Virus record (IMG/VR): IMGVR_UViG_3300007760_000015
Location: 1 to 58,531 of that record
Length of the DNA stretch: 58,531 nucleotides
Source: a virus
Taxonomy: Duplodnaviria > Caudoviricetes
Reading direction: 5' to 3' (one strand)
Shown here: positions 1-10,320 of the stretch, piece by piece
How the letters are laid out: each line of letters starts with the position of its first letter
Position numbering within the stretch: the stretch's first letter is position 1
Program-made: the position numbers and the translations under genes
The notes under the pieces: generated by a model
The model's database searches: none
The model's input: only the letters and a program-made list of their open reading frames with translations
What the model was told of the DNA's origin: nothing

Positions 1-2
1 AT

Positions 3-176
3 AATTTTGTAGATAATGAATTTTTATCGAGAGATTCAATAGCTTTTAGAGAATATTTAAATAAAATATCGCCAGATGTGGATATGACATCTACATACAT
101 AGATTCAGATGGAATTGAGAAGGAGTTTACGGTCCCTATGACCGTTACGTTTCTTTGGCCTGCCGCCGGAGTATAA
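3..176 (+). CDS. 3' end of tail/baseplate assembly chaperone (T4 gp26-like), truncated by window start
   Basis: Frame from nt 3 reads NFVDNEFLSRDSIAFREYLNKISPDVDMT...VPMTVTFLWPAAGV*; lies just upstream of the tape measure gene. Confidence 0.6.
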   Translation, partial: NFVDNEFLSRDSIAFREYLNKISPDVDMTSTYIDSDGIEKEFTVPMTVTFLWPAAGV

Positions 177-375
177 ACCACAACTACACGAAGAAATATT
201 TCAAATAAGCTTTAACTCACAGAGTATGTTCTCATTTTCTGAGGTATACAACATGCCTATATATCTTAGAAAGTTTTACTTTAAAAGGTTACAAAAACAT
301 TACAAAGAACAAGCTGAAGAGATAAAAAAAGCTAACCAAAAAAATAAAAGTAAGCACCCAAATTTCAGAAAATAA
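142..375 (+). CDS. gp51-like / tail chaperone 'T' segment, probably reached by frameshift
   Basis: Open +1 frame FFGLPPEYKPQLHEEIFQISFNSQSMFSFSEVYNMPIYLRKFYFKRL...; no ATG/GTG/TTG before nt 226; overlaps the upstream ORF at TTT-CTT-TGG. Confidence 0.55.
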   Translation, partial: PLRFFGLPPEYKPQLHEEIFQISFNSQSMFSFSEVYNMPIYLRKFYFKRLQKHYKEQAEEIKKANQKNKSKHPNFRK

Positions 376-433
376 CATAGTTTGATATTTATTATTGAAC
401 CAATCCACACAAAAAACCTTATGGAGAATCGAA

Positions 434-625
434 ATGGGTTTATTAGATAAACTTGTAGATAAAATTATCGACAGTGCTAAAAAGAAAAAACAAAGCGCTT
501 CTGTAAAGAGGGCTATTAAAAATAATCCTGCATTAAAAAAAGCTATGGACAATCATCAAAAAGCAGTTGATGTATTAAAAGTCAAAGTAGCTCAAATGGC
601 AAAAGAAAAAGGTATAAAACTCTAA
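434..625 (+). CDS. small basic hypothetical protein
   Basis: GGAG at 423-426 then ATG 434; preceded by the GATATTTAT motif. Confidence 0.6.
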   Translation: MGLLDKLVDKIIDSAKKKKQSASVKRAIKNNPALKKAMDNHQKAVDVLKVKVAQMAKEKGIKL

Positions 626-626
626 A

Positions 627-2699
627 ATGGCTACCAAAAAAGATGTAGATAATGCAAAAGCGATAGCAGCTGCTAATAAGGCTGCAGCACAAACAGCCAA
701 AGAACAAGCGGCTCACGAAAAAGACATCGCTAATTATAAAGATAAAACTCTAAGAGCTTCTCTTTCCGCTCGTGGTATTTCCAAAGAAGAATATCTAAAT
801 GCACAAAAAAGAGCTAGAGATGAAGCACTAGTAACCAAACAAAAACAAGACCAAGCTAAGATTGGAAAGACTACAGCAAGTTTAACTCAAAAAATAAATA
901 AGTTATTAGATTCTGGTGCTGGTGCTATATTAAAATCATATAATTTAACTGAACAATTAGAACAATCGCAACAAGCTGCAGTTCTATCTACAGGAGATCT
1001 TCAAAAAGGTTACAATTTAGTTAATGACGCACAACTAGCAGCTGTTGATACAATAAAAGCTGGAACATTTGATGCTAATGGTTTTATGGAGGATTTGGAA
1101 GAACAATTTGAAGGTATGAGTGATGAAGCAAAAGAAGCTTTAGATACTATGAGAGATAGCTTAAAAAGTTTTTCTAAAACAGCAGAAGAGGCTGGAAAGG
1201 GTTTAGAAAATGCTCTAAACATAGACGCAAAAACATTAGATGGTTTAGAGGGTGCAAGGGATAAATTAAAAGAATATTCTGCTATAGCATCAAGCCCAAA
1301 ATTAATGGGCGCTTTTGCTATTGGACTAGCAGTAAAATTTATGACAGATTTTGTTGGGAAAGCCTTAGAGGTTAAACAAAGTTTAGGTGTATCTGCAGTA
1401 GAATCTGCAAGAATAGCTACCAACCTTAAAGCTGCTAGTGTTTCAGCTAAATTATTTGGTGGTAGTGCTGAACAAGCAGAAGCTGCTGTATTCAGTTTAG
1501 AAGAAAATTTTGGTTCACTTGATAATATATCATTAGGTGTATCTACTAAGGTTGGTGCTTTAACAGGACAATTTGGATTGGCTGGTGATAGCGCTGGTAA
1601 ACTTTTAAAATCTTTAGAGGGTGTAAGTGGTGCTTCTTTAGAAACAAATATTGAATTAACAAAAGCTATTGGACAATTAGCTAGGGCTGAGGGTGTATCA
1701 CCAGCAAAAGTATTAAATGATATTGCCGAAGATACAGAAACATTTGCTAAATTCGGAAAAGATGGTGGAAGAAACATAGGACAGGCTGCTGTTCAAGCAA
1801 GAAAGCTCGGTGTTAATATGGCAACTGTTGCTGGTATAGCCGAATCACTACTAAGTTTTGAAGAATCTATAGAAAAACAAATGGAAGCGTCAGTATTACT
1901 TGGTAGACAATTAAATTTAGATAAAGCTAGAGAATTAGCACTTTCAGGTGATTTGGATGGGTTACAAAAAGAGATAGTAAATCAAGTAGGTAGTCAAGCA
2001 GACTTTGAGGCTATGAATGTTGTTCAGAGACAAGCTTTGGCTGATGCTGTAGGAGTTCAAGTTGGTGATTTAGCAAAGATAGTAGCTGGTGATAAGACAT
2101 CTGCTGAATTAGCAAAAGATGCTGCTGCAGAAGAAGAAAAAAGAGTTAGTCTGATGACAAGATTAGCTGAACAAACAGCAAATCTTAATGTTGCTAGTTT
2201 GATAGGACAGGGAATAAATACTGCTATTGCTGCTGTAACTATGACAAGATTGGGAACTGAAGAAGCTATAAATAAGACAAAAGGAAAAGGTATATTATTA
2301 GGTGCAAAAGATTTAGCAAAAAATGCTGGAGGAGCAATTGCCACACTAGCTAAAGGTGCTGGTTCTATATTTTCTTCATTTGGTATGATTCCTTTTGGAA
2401 TTGGTATACCACTTGCTATAGCAGCTGTTGCTAGTATGTACGCATTAGCTAAAAAAGCTAAAGGTAGTGTTCCAAAATTAGAAACTGGTGGTGTTGTTAA
2501 AAAGACTGGTATGGCTGAAGTACATAAAGGTGAAGCATTTTCAGGTACTAAAAACGAAATGGGCTTTGGTGGTACTGATATGACAGCCACCAATAATAAA
2601 ATAAATGAAACCAATAGAAAACTTGGTGTATTAACAGAAAAAATGGAATTTTTATTAACTAAACAAATCAGAGCAACTCAAGATGTTCAAATGGGGTAG
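627..2699 (+). CDS. tail tape measure protein
   Basis: 690 aa, Ala/Gly/Leu-rich helical; SIEKQMEASVLLGRQLNLDKARELAL and C-terminal LETGGVV motif; between chaperone and baseplate genes. Confidence 0.8.
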   Translation: MATKKDVDNAKAIAAANKAAAQTAKEQAAHEKDIANYKDKTLRASLSARGISKEEYLNAQKRARDEALVTKQKQDQAKIGKTTASLTQKINKLLDSGAGAILKSYNLTEQLEQSQQAAVLSTGDLQKGYNLVNDAQLAAVDTIKAGTFDANGFMEDLEEQFEGMSDEAKEALDTMRDSLKSFSKTAEEAGKGLENALNIDAKTLDGLEGARDKLKEYSAIASSPKLMGAFAIGLAVKFMTDFVGKALEVKQSLGVSAVESARIATNLKAASVSAKLFGGSAEQAEAAVFSLEENFGSLDNISLGVSTKVGALTGQFGLAGDSAGKLLKSLEGVSGASLETNIELTKAIGQLARAEGVSPAKVLNDIAEDTETFAKFGKDGGRNIGQAAVQARKLGVNMATVAGIAESLLSFEESIEKQMEASVLLGRQLNLDKARELALSGDLDGLQKEIVNQVGSQADFEAMNVVQRQALADAVGVQVGDLAKIVAGDKTSAELAKDAAAEEEKRVSLMTRLAEQTANLNVASLIGQGINTAIAAVTMTRLGTEEAINKTKGKGILLGAKDLAKNAGGAIATLAKGAGSIFSSFGMIPFGIGIPLAIAAVASMYALAKKAKGSVPKLETGGVVKKTGMAEVHKGEAFSGTKNEMGFGGTDMTATNNKINETNRKLGVLTEKMEFLLTKQIRATQDVQMG

Positions 2700-2709
2700 G
2701 AGAAAGTAA

Positions 2710-5505
2710 ATGTCATTGGTAGATTTATTATCAGATCTTGAAAAATTTAAGTATAATCAAACATCTCCAGATAAGATAGATTCACAAATTGAAAAGGGAG
2801 TAGATAATTTCCCAAATACTGATGCGTCAGGTTTTACACCTAAAACTGATTTAGAATCTTTATACCATAAAGTAAAGGAAGGTAATGTTGGAGATAAATG
2901 GCCAGGAGCAGCTCCGTCTTATGAGAAGAATAGATTTGAAACCTTTGATCATTATGAAATTCCAAAAAAATATAAATCAAAATTAGTATTAAAGGGTGAT
3001 GGGTTTTATAGTACTTGGGAAGATACTCCTCAATTTACAAGTCCGTTTATGGAGACGCCATCCGACTATATTAGTAAATATTCTCAACCACATACGCCAA
3101 GTTTAACGTTTACAGTACCATCAGTTAAATCTAGTATGGATGGTGGACTAACTAATGTAGGAGATATACCAGAACAAACTTTTGGGGGTCCGCCACCATT
3201 AGGAAATAGAGATGCACTTGGCGCACATGGTTATCCATTTATGATTGTACCGATTAGTACTTTTACAAGTAGATATTCAACAAAATATAATTCATTAACA
3301 TTTAAAGTTAAACAATTTTCTATAAATGATCAATTCGGATACTCATTTAAGAACGAGCATATTCCACGTGCACATAATTTCAAAGACGCAATTACAAAAT
3401 TGAATCACGATACTCATTATTCAAAAATTTCTATAACTTGGGATTTGGATAATGGGATTACTTCAAACCATATACCTAATTATGTGAATAGAAATGGTGC
3501 GATTGGTGAAATAGATGGGAAATGGCCCAATATAATTAAACCGGCTAATATATTTCCAAATCATCAATTAACTACAAATTTTTCATCTGAATCACAAACT
3601 CATCAAATACCAACTAATGTTTGGGATACAAAAAATGAAATGCCGGTGAGGGGCGGTAACTCATATTCATTTATAGATGATTTTAGCACCGCTGAATTAA
3701 AATCTGATAAGTATCTAGATACGATAAATGAGAAATTTAAATTCGGAAAATCCATAGATGGGAAAACATTTCTGAAAGTTCCTGGTGGAATTAGTGAAAA
3801 TGGTGTTCTAATAGAGAAATCTTTCAGAGAAGTTTCAGATCCACATAATATCGCAAGCTTTAGGCAACCATTTATATTAAGACCAATTCCAACTGAAGAT
3901 AAAGATATTCCTGGAAACGGTAGATGGGGATTTGATCCAACGCCCGTCCCTCCGGAAAACGGTGGATTTTTAGGTGAAGCTGCTTCTGAATTCATAGGTG
4001 GGTTCTTTAGAGGCGCTCCTACATTTACTGGGTTGGTTGAAAGAAATTTAGTAGATAAAGTAAGGATTGGTAAATTCTTATTAACTCCTGCTGGTATAGG
4101 GTTTATTGGAAAACAATTTGTTTTGCAAGCGCTTAATCCTACATTAGAAAGTAAGATTTATAATCCACTGTCATCTTTAAGTTTAGTTGGAGGTGGAGAT
4201 GTATTTAACTCAATCGGCGATATGGTTAGAGGTGATGGATTTGATGCAAGTGGAATTGCTAGTGCGTTAGGTGAGATGATTGCAACAGCTGCTCTACCAA
4301 TAGGACATCCAGAACGCCATTTTGGTGGTGGTAGATATGAAGATTTTGTTCCACTTAAAACTTTACCGGACTTTATTAAGGATAAGTTTCCAGGTGACAT
4401 GCAATCGATATTAGGAGGACTAGATTTTTCAAAACCTAATTTAGCTTTTGGTAGTAGAATAGGGATGCAGAGTAATCCTGAAATCATAAAGAAAACTACA
4501 ATAAATTTAGGTTGGGCTGGAAGTTATACAGTAGGAGGATCAGATTTAAAAACAAGCCTCTTAGTTACCAATCCAAATAAGTATCTATTTCCAATATCAT
4601 CTGCTCCTAAATCAATACATAAGGGAACACCATCCTTTACAGGAACAGTGGATTTAGCTGATACAAACGCTACTAATATTACGACTAAAAAGGGCGGAAC
4701 ATTTAATAAGGAAACATCTGTAGGTGGATTGGTAACAAAACATGCAACTTTAAGTTATGCTGAATTGAATAAAATCAATGTATATGATGATAGGACTGGA
4801 AAACACATCCAAACACCACATGAATTAAATCATCGGAAAACTGTAAATGGGGAATCCACTTTGGAAGGTGATGATATAATAGAGAAGAGAAGCTCGGGTT
4901 GGAGTATAAATGCTGGTATAAACGGAAAAGATAAAATAAACTCATTAAAGTATGGAAATGATTACGATGATATTTCAGGACACGACTTCATAAAATTCAG
5001 ATTCAAAGATGTAATAAATAATAAATACATTATATTCAGAGCCATCATAGAAGGAATTTCAGATAGTATTAATCCTGAATATGGTGAGGAAAAGTATGTT
5101 GGTCGTCCTGATAAAGTGTATGTATATCAAGGCGCAAGTAGAGAAATAAGTTTTACATTTAAAATATTTCCTAAATCAAAGCAAGAACTTCCAATACTAA
5201 TTGAAAAAATGAATTATTTAATTGGATTATGTTATCCTACATATACGGAATCAGAGCGAATGGTAACACCATTTATAGAATTAACAATAGGTGATATGTT
5301 TGTTAATACTCCTGGATTACTTTCTTCTTTATCAATGACTGTTGAAGATACATCTCCGTGGGAAATAGAAGAAGAAAAACAATTTCCACATTACATAACT
5401 GCACAATGTTCATTTAAACATATTGGTCAATATAAATTACATAGCCTTGGAAAACATTATGATTATAAAGATATACCTGATCAACTTACAATTGAGGGTC
5501 AATAA
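2710..5505 (+). CDS. baseplate / tail-tube initiator-like structural protein
   Basis: C-terminal domain FIKFRF...FRAIIEGISDSINPEY..YVGRPDKVYVYQGASREISFTFKI, typical of tube-initiator folds; position after tape measure. Confidence 0.6.
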   Translation: MSLVDLLSDLEKFKYNQTSPDKIDSQIEKGVDNFPNTDASGFTPKTDLESLYHKVKEGNVGDKWPGAAPSYEKNRFETFDHYEIPKKYKSKLVLKGDGFYSTWEDTPQFTSPFMETPSDYISKYSQPHTPSLTFTVPSVKSSMDGGLTNVGDIPEQTFGGPPPLGNRDALGAHGYPFMIVPISTFTSRYSTKYNSLTFKVKQFSINDQFGYSFKNEHIPRAHNFKDAITKLNHDTHYSKISITWDLDNGITSNHIPNYVNRNGAIGEIDGKWPNIIKPANIFPNHQLTTNFSSESQTHQIPTNVWDTKNEMPVRGGNSYSFIDDFSTAELKSDKYLDTINEKFKFGKSIDGKTFLKVPGGISENGVLIEKSFREVSDPHNIASFRQPFILRPIPTEDKDIPGNGRWGFDPTPVPPENGGFLGEAASEFIGGFFRGAPTFTGLVERNLVDKVRIGKFLLTPAGIGFIGKQFVLQALNPTLESKIYNPLSSLSLVGGGDVFNSIGDMVRGDGFDASGIASALGEMIATAALPIGHPERHFGGGRYEDFVPLKTLPDFIKDKFPGDMQSILGGLDFSKPNLAFGSRIGMQSNPEIIKKTTINLGWAGSYTVGGSDLKTSLLVTNPNKYLFPISSAPKSIHKGTPSFTGTVDLADTNATNITTKKGGTFNKETSVGGLVTKHATLSYAELNKINVYDDRTGKHIQTPHELNHRKTVNGESTLEGDDIIEKRSSGWSINAGINGKDKINSLKYGNDYDDISGHDFIKFRFKDVINNKYIIFRAIIEGISDSINPEYGEEKYVGRPDKVYVYQGASREISFTFKIFPKSKQELPILIEKMNYLIGLCYPTYTESERMVTPFIELTIGDMFVNTPGLLSSLSMTVEDTSPWEIEEEKQFPHYITAQCSFKHIGQYKLHSLGKHYDYKDIPDQLTIEGQ

Positions 5506-5798
5506 TGAGATATAAAACTGCAAAACAAAAACGTGACAATAATGGTAATAGATATTTTGCACCAACTACTGTTCCAAATATACCAATAAAGGATAGTGAT
5601 ATATTTGTTTATCCGATTTATGGTGATAGGTTTGATACTCTTGCTCAAAGATATTATAATGATTCTAACCTTTGGTGGATAATTGCAAAGGCTAATGAAA
5701 TTGGTAAAGGTCAAATAGGTTTATCACCTGATAAAAAAGTAAGAATACCTACAGTTATAGAAGATATATTGGAATCTGTTAATAGAAGTAATAGTTAA
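5505..5798 (+). CDS. LysM-like baseplate wedge protein (gp53/gpX-like)
   Basis: GDRFDTLAQRYYNDSNLWWIIAKAN motif. Confidence 0.8.
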   Translation: MRYKTAKQKRDNNGNRYFAPTTVPNIPIKDSDIFVYPIYGDRFDTLAQRYYNDSNLWWIIAKANEIGKGQIGLSPDKKVRIPTVIEDILESVNRSNS

Positions 5799-5800
5799 AA

Positions 5801-8800
5801 ATGATAGTAAGTTATATAGATAAAAAAATTCAAGAAACTTTGAAAGCTAGAGAACGTGCATTTGCTCGTAAGGGTCAAAGTAGCGGAGAAGCTAAATCTG
5901 ATGATATATCATTTTCGGATATAATGTCACGTACTGTTTATATTAGAATGGCGTCTAATAAAGAGAATAGTGAATTTAATGTTATGTTAGATGGGGGTAC
6001 GGAAGTTTCAGCTAATGTAAGATATAGAATAAATGAAAAAGGTGATGTAGAAGCTTATACAAATACTCCATCTACCAGAAAAGGTTATGGTTTTAAAGAT
6101 GATGGAACAGGAGCTTATCGTGGAACTCAAAGTATGGGAATTAGACCAATAGCAGGAATAAAAGATATTTCAGTTGAATATAAAGGTGGTTATAAAGCGA
6201 TTAGAAAGGCTACAATTAATTGGTCTGTTGGATCCATTGAAGATTTGGATAGACTTACACCACACTTTTTAACCATTGGTCAAACTATAGCATTAGAGTG
6301 GGGATGGCAAAAATCTAATAAAAAAGATACTAATGTGGGTAATTTTATTACAATTAAAAATGTAGATGGTAATAATGTAATAGATGTAAATAGTGACTTA
6401 TTTGATAATCCAATACCAACTCTTATTTCAAAGGGTGGTGATTATGATGCAATGGGTGGAATAATATCCAATTTTGAATATAAATTAAGAGAAGATGGTG
6501 GATTTGATTGTGTTACTTATATAACTTCTTTAGGGGGTAGTTTATTTAAAAAATCTATGGATAAAGAGGGGGAAATTGGATTAGGCGCTGTATATGATAA
6601 AGATGCAATAGTTTTACAAGATGAAGAAGATATTGAGAATATGGGCGGATTTAAAAAATCAGATTTTGATGGTCTCTTACATGGAATTCTAAATTTGAAA
6701 AATATAGTTTCAGATTCATTTGCTCGACATTCTGGTAGTAAAGAAATGGGAGGTACATTAATACATTCAAGTGAAAAAGATAAATATAGTATAAGAACAA
6801 AATATAATCATAATTTAATTAGAATCGCAGTAAATTATACAAATGTTCATTATTTTGTAAGATGGGGTTGGTTTGAGGATAATATTTTAACGAAGTATTT
6901 ATCTTTAATTGATGATAAAAAATTGACATTGACATTTAGAAGTATAGAGTTAGATGAATCAGGTAAATATAAATCCTGTTATATTTCAAATAATAAAAAG
7001 AATTTAGTTCCTATCGACCCACTTAAATTTATTTTGTTTGGTCAAAATCCGTCTGGTGGTAATTTAGCTTTTACAGGTGAAATTAAAAAGGAGGAAAAGA
7101 AAAATATAATTAAAATATTTGATAAGCTTGCGACATCAAAAGAGTTTCATAAGTTTTCTGTTGAAGAAAATGATAACATAGGACAGATCAGAAACATATA
7201 TGTTAATATAACAGAAATTCAGAAAGCGTTTGGTATAGAGAAAAATATATCCAATGAAAAATATGGATATGTTGATCAAAATAAAGTTAAACCTCCATCA
7301 ACAATAGAGGCTGGATTGAATAGTTTGTTGAAATCAATTGAATCAAATTTTTATAATCAATGGAAGTTTAATATAGTTTTAGATACAAATAATACTAAAA
7401 ATTTAAAGATAGTTGATGAAAACTATGTATCTCCTGGAGATGAAAATAATGGTGAAATAATTTATAGTAAGTTTGATGATGTTGGGAAAATGTCGTCCAA
7501 TGGAATTTATAAATTTCCATCGTTTAATGTTGGTAGTATAGTGAAAGGTCAAGATTTATCATTTAAAATTCCAGACTCAATGGCTGTTACTGCTATGTAT
7601 GGTTCATCTAATGAAAAAAGTTTCGCATCTGAAGAATACTCTAAATACAATAAATTAATGTTAATAAATAAGAAATTTGATTCAACTAAAGACAATGAGA
7701 TGGATAATTTATCTGTAGCTTATTTAAAACATAATGAGATTGGAAATATTCGAGCGGAAGAGAATAAAAAAATTACTGCCGAAGGTGGTTGGAGAAGGGG
7801 TAGGAGTTGGTTAAGATATATTAAAACATCTATAAAGAAAAATGAATCTGATGCTGTAAAAATGAGTCTTAAAGATGATAGAAATTGGTCTTATGAAAAT
7901 GGAACATTTACTCTAACGTCTGATAACAGTGATGCTGTTATGACAAGCGATAACTATTATATTTATGATGAAGATAATTTTCATATTGTAATGAAACCAA
8001 AAGCTGCTCAAGCAGTTCGTGACTTTTTTAACTCACCAAAGGAAGGATCTAAATATTTAAGTACTTTTTTTTTAATTCCAGCTGAACTTTCTTTAGAAGT
8101 TGATGGTATAGGTGGAATTCAACCTGGAAATATATGCCAAACTGATTATATCCAAAAAAAGTATAATGAAAATGTGGAAGTTGATGGAAATTCATACGGT
8201 CCTTTAACATTTTTCCAAATATTTGGTATAGATCAAAAAGTAGATGGTTCAGGCTGGACTACATCATTGAGTACAAAGATGAGAGTGAATACACATTCGA
8301 TGGGAAAAGTAGAAGAATTTTTTATTTTAGAATATTTAAGTACATTAAGCGATAGATCTTTTGATCAAAGCGGTGATACTTCTGTAGAAGTGGATTATAA
8401 CGAATTAGATGAAGAAGAGAAAGAAGAATATAAAATAGTTGTAGGCGCGGCGGCAGGGTTTTCTGGTGAAACAGAAACTTTTGTGATACCTCAAACGGGG
8501 GAAAAAGTTGAGATTGAACCATTATTAAAAAGTGATGCAGATGTAAATGCTGTTATAAATGAAGAATCAAAGGGTGAAGTAAGCAATGTTCAAAGTGATG
8601 TTGAACGTAAAAAGGATGTTCAAAAAGAAAAGGTGGTAAATACGATAACGGATGATGAAGTAGAATATATAACAGATGAAATCTTTGAAGCGATAGATTA
8701 TTGGATGGGGACAGATGAGAAAAGATTATGGGCCGCGTTAGATAAGATAGGAGATAATAGAGATATGGCAAATGCAGTTAATTCCAAATTTGATGAGAAG

Positions 8801-8899
8801 TATAATATTGATAATAAGGAAGATTTAAGAGAGTTTCTTGCTGATGATTTGTCAGGTGATGATGAAGAAAAAGCTTTTGCATATTTTGGGTTTAAATAA
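5801..8899 (+). CDS. large baseplate hub-like protein with C-terminal annexin-like repeat
   Basis: Follows the LysM gene; ELSLEVDGIGGIQPG..FQIFGIDQKVDGSGWTTSL hub-type end, then an acidic linker and MGTDE...LADDLSG. Confidence 0.55.
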   Translation: MIVSYIDKKIQETLKARERAFARKGQSSGEAKSDDISFSDIMSRTVYIRMASNKENSEFNVMLDGGTEVSANVRYRINEKGDVEAYTNTPSTRKGYGFKDDGTGAYRGTQSMGIRPIAGIKDISVEYKGGYKAIRKATINWSVGSIEDLDRLTPHFLTIGQTIALEWGWQKSNKKDTNVGNFITIKNVDGNNVIDVNSDLFDNPIPTLISKGGDYDAMGGIISNFEYKLREDGGFDCVTYITSLGGSLFKKSMDKEGEIGLGAVYDKDAIVLQDEEDIENMGGFKKSDFDGLLHGILNLKNIVSDSFARHSGSKEMGGTLIHSSEKDKYSIRTKYNHNLIRIAVNYTNVHYFVRWGWFEDNILTKYLSLIDDKKLTLTFRSIELDESGKYKSCYISNNKKNLVPIDPLKFILFGQNPSGGNLAFTGEIKKEEKKNIIKIFDKLATSKEFHKFSVEENDNIGQIRNIYVNITEIQKAFGIEKNISNEKYGYVDQNKVKPPSTIEAGLNSLLKSIESNFYNQWKFNIVLDTNNTKNLKIVDENYVSPGDENNGEIIYSKFDDVGKMSSNGIYKFPSFNVGSIVKGQDLSFKIPDSMAVTAMYGSSNEKSFASEEYSKYNKLMLINKKFDSTKDNEMDNLSVAYLKHNEIGNIRAEENKKITAEGGWRRGRSWLRYIKTSIKKNESDAVKMSLKDDRNWSYENGTFTLTSDNSDAVMTSDNYYIYDEDNFHIVMKPKAAQAVRDFFNSPKEGSKYLSTFFLIPAELSLEVDGIGGIQPGNICQTDYIQKKYNENVEVDGNSYGPLTFFQIFGIDQKVDGSGWTTSLSTKMRVNTHSMGKVEEFFILEYLSTLSDRSFDQSGDTSVEVDYNELDEEEKEEYKIVVGAAAGFSGETETFVIPQTGEKVEIEPLLKSDADVNAVINEESKGEVSNVQSDVERKKDVQKEKVVNTITDDEVEYITDEIFEAIDYWMGTDEKRLWAALDKIGDNRDMANAVNSKFDEKYNIDNKEDLREFLADDLSGDDEEKAFAYFGFK

Positions 8900-8910
8900 G
8901 AGAAAGTAAG

Positions 8911-9573
8911 ATGCCAAAAGATACAATAAACGAACAAAAATTAGATAAAATAATGGAAGCCCGTAGGACTAACCAACCTGTTTTTAATTATAGAATTAAA
9001 AATATAGTTGAGCGGACTGATAGAGTAGTGAAGAATCAAATTGTTTCCAAAGGAGAGTTTAAAGATGAGAGAGGTCGGTTGGTCAAAGATGGTACTGTTT
9101 ATCATATTCATTATACAAAAGATTTGAAAGAATACTTTATGACTGGTGAGAAGCATGGATTCTTGAGCAAACTTATTTATCCAATAAAGAAGATTACAGA
9201 GTTTGGTTTGTATAATAAATTAAATGGTCAACAGCCACTTACTCTTAAAGGAGAAACAATAAAGCCTACAGAAGAAGATTATAAGAGAGGATTTTATAAA
9301 CGACATTTTGTGATAAAGGCAAACGATGATTCATCAATACCATTTGAAATAAATCGTGGTCATCTTGATACATCACCATTGTATAAGTATGTATCTTTAA
9401 AGTGGTATATTAAAGGGAATAAGGATAAAATTAAAGAACAAAATAATAGCCAAAAGAAAATTGCAAGTAAAGTAATTTCCAATGTTGGTAAGTTATTACC
9501 AGATTTTCAGTTTTTTAAATTTGAAGAAAATTTATCACCTAAAGAATTAGTTGAAAAAAAATTGGGTTTATGA
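8911..9573 (+). CDS. hypothetical protein of the baseplate module
   Basis: 220-aa ORF; PTEEDYKRGFYKRHF motif; contiguous with baseplate genes. Confidence 0.55.
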   Translation: MPKDTINEQKLDKIMEARRTNQPVFNYRIKNIVERTDRVVKNQIVSKGEFKDERGRLVKDGTVYHIHYTKDLKEYFMTGEKHGFLSKLIYPIKKITEFGLYNKLNGQQPLTLKGETIKPTEEDYKRGFYKRHFVIKANDDSSIPFEINRGHLDTSPLYKYVSLKWYIKGNKDKIKEQNNSQKKIASKVISNVGKLLPDFQFFKFEENLSPKELVEKKLGL

Positions 9574-9615
9574 GATTTAATTAGATATATATAATAAATA
9601 AAGAGGTTATAAAAT

Positions 9616-10320
9616 ATGAAGGTTTTAGATAAAGGTTTTATAGAGGTTATAGATACATTAGGAAATGATCTAACAGTTGTAAATTCAGCAAGAGTATCAT
9701 TCGGTAATAGAAAAGAAAAGTGGGATGTGAGTGATGAAAAACTTGTTAGATATTTAGCAAAGAACAAACATTTCAGTCCATTTAGGCATTTACAAGTTCA
9801 ATTCCACATTAAGGCCCCGGAGGTAGTTCTCCGCCAACTCTTTAAACATTTGGTGGGAATAGAATCCACATCACATTATGCAACCAAAGATATGCCATTC
9901 AATGAAATATCTGGTAGATACACAAAGGTTACTGAATTTTATATTCCAGAAGTTTGGAGGGCACAATCAGACGATAATAAACAAGCAAGTGATGGTGAAT
10001 TAGATGACTTACAACAGAAACGAATGAATCAGATATACAGAGAATTTTTAAGTAATGTAGAACGGACTTATGATTCAATGTTAGATACAGGAATGGCAAG
10101 AGAGCAAGCGAGAATAATAATGCCACTTTCACAATATACTGAAGTGTATTGGACCATGTCGTTTCAATCTATTGCAAATTTTATAGAACTACGAGATCAT
10201 GACCACGCCCAATGGGAAATTAGGGAATACGCAAAAGTGATGAAAGAGATGATGATGGATATTTACCCAGAAACAATGAAAATTTGGTCAGAAGTATATT
10301 GGGATGATAATAGAGGATAG
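9616..10320 (+). CDS. thyX: flavin-dependent thymidylate synthase
   Basis: GNDLTVVNSARVSF, HFSPFRH, NEISGRY, AREQARIIMP, HAQWEIREYA. Confidence 0.95.
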   Translation: MKVLDKGFIEVIDTLGNDLTVVNSARVSFGNRKEKWDVSDEKLVRYLAKNKHFSPFRHLQVQFHIKAPEVVLRQLFKHLVGIESTSHYATKDMPFNEISGRYTKVTEFYIPEVWRAQSDDNKQASDGELDDLQQKRMNQIYREFLSNVERTYDSMLDTGMAREQARIIMPLSQYTEVYWTMSFQSIANFIELRDHDHAQWEIREYAKVMKEMMMDIYPETMKIWSEVYWDDNRG

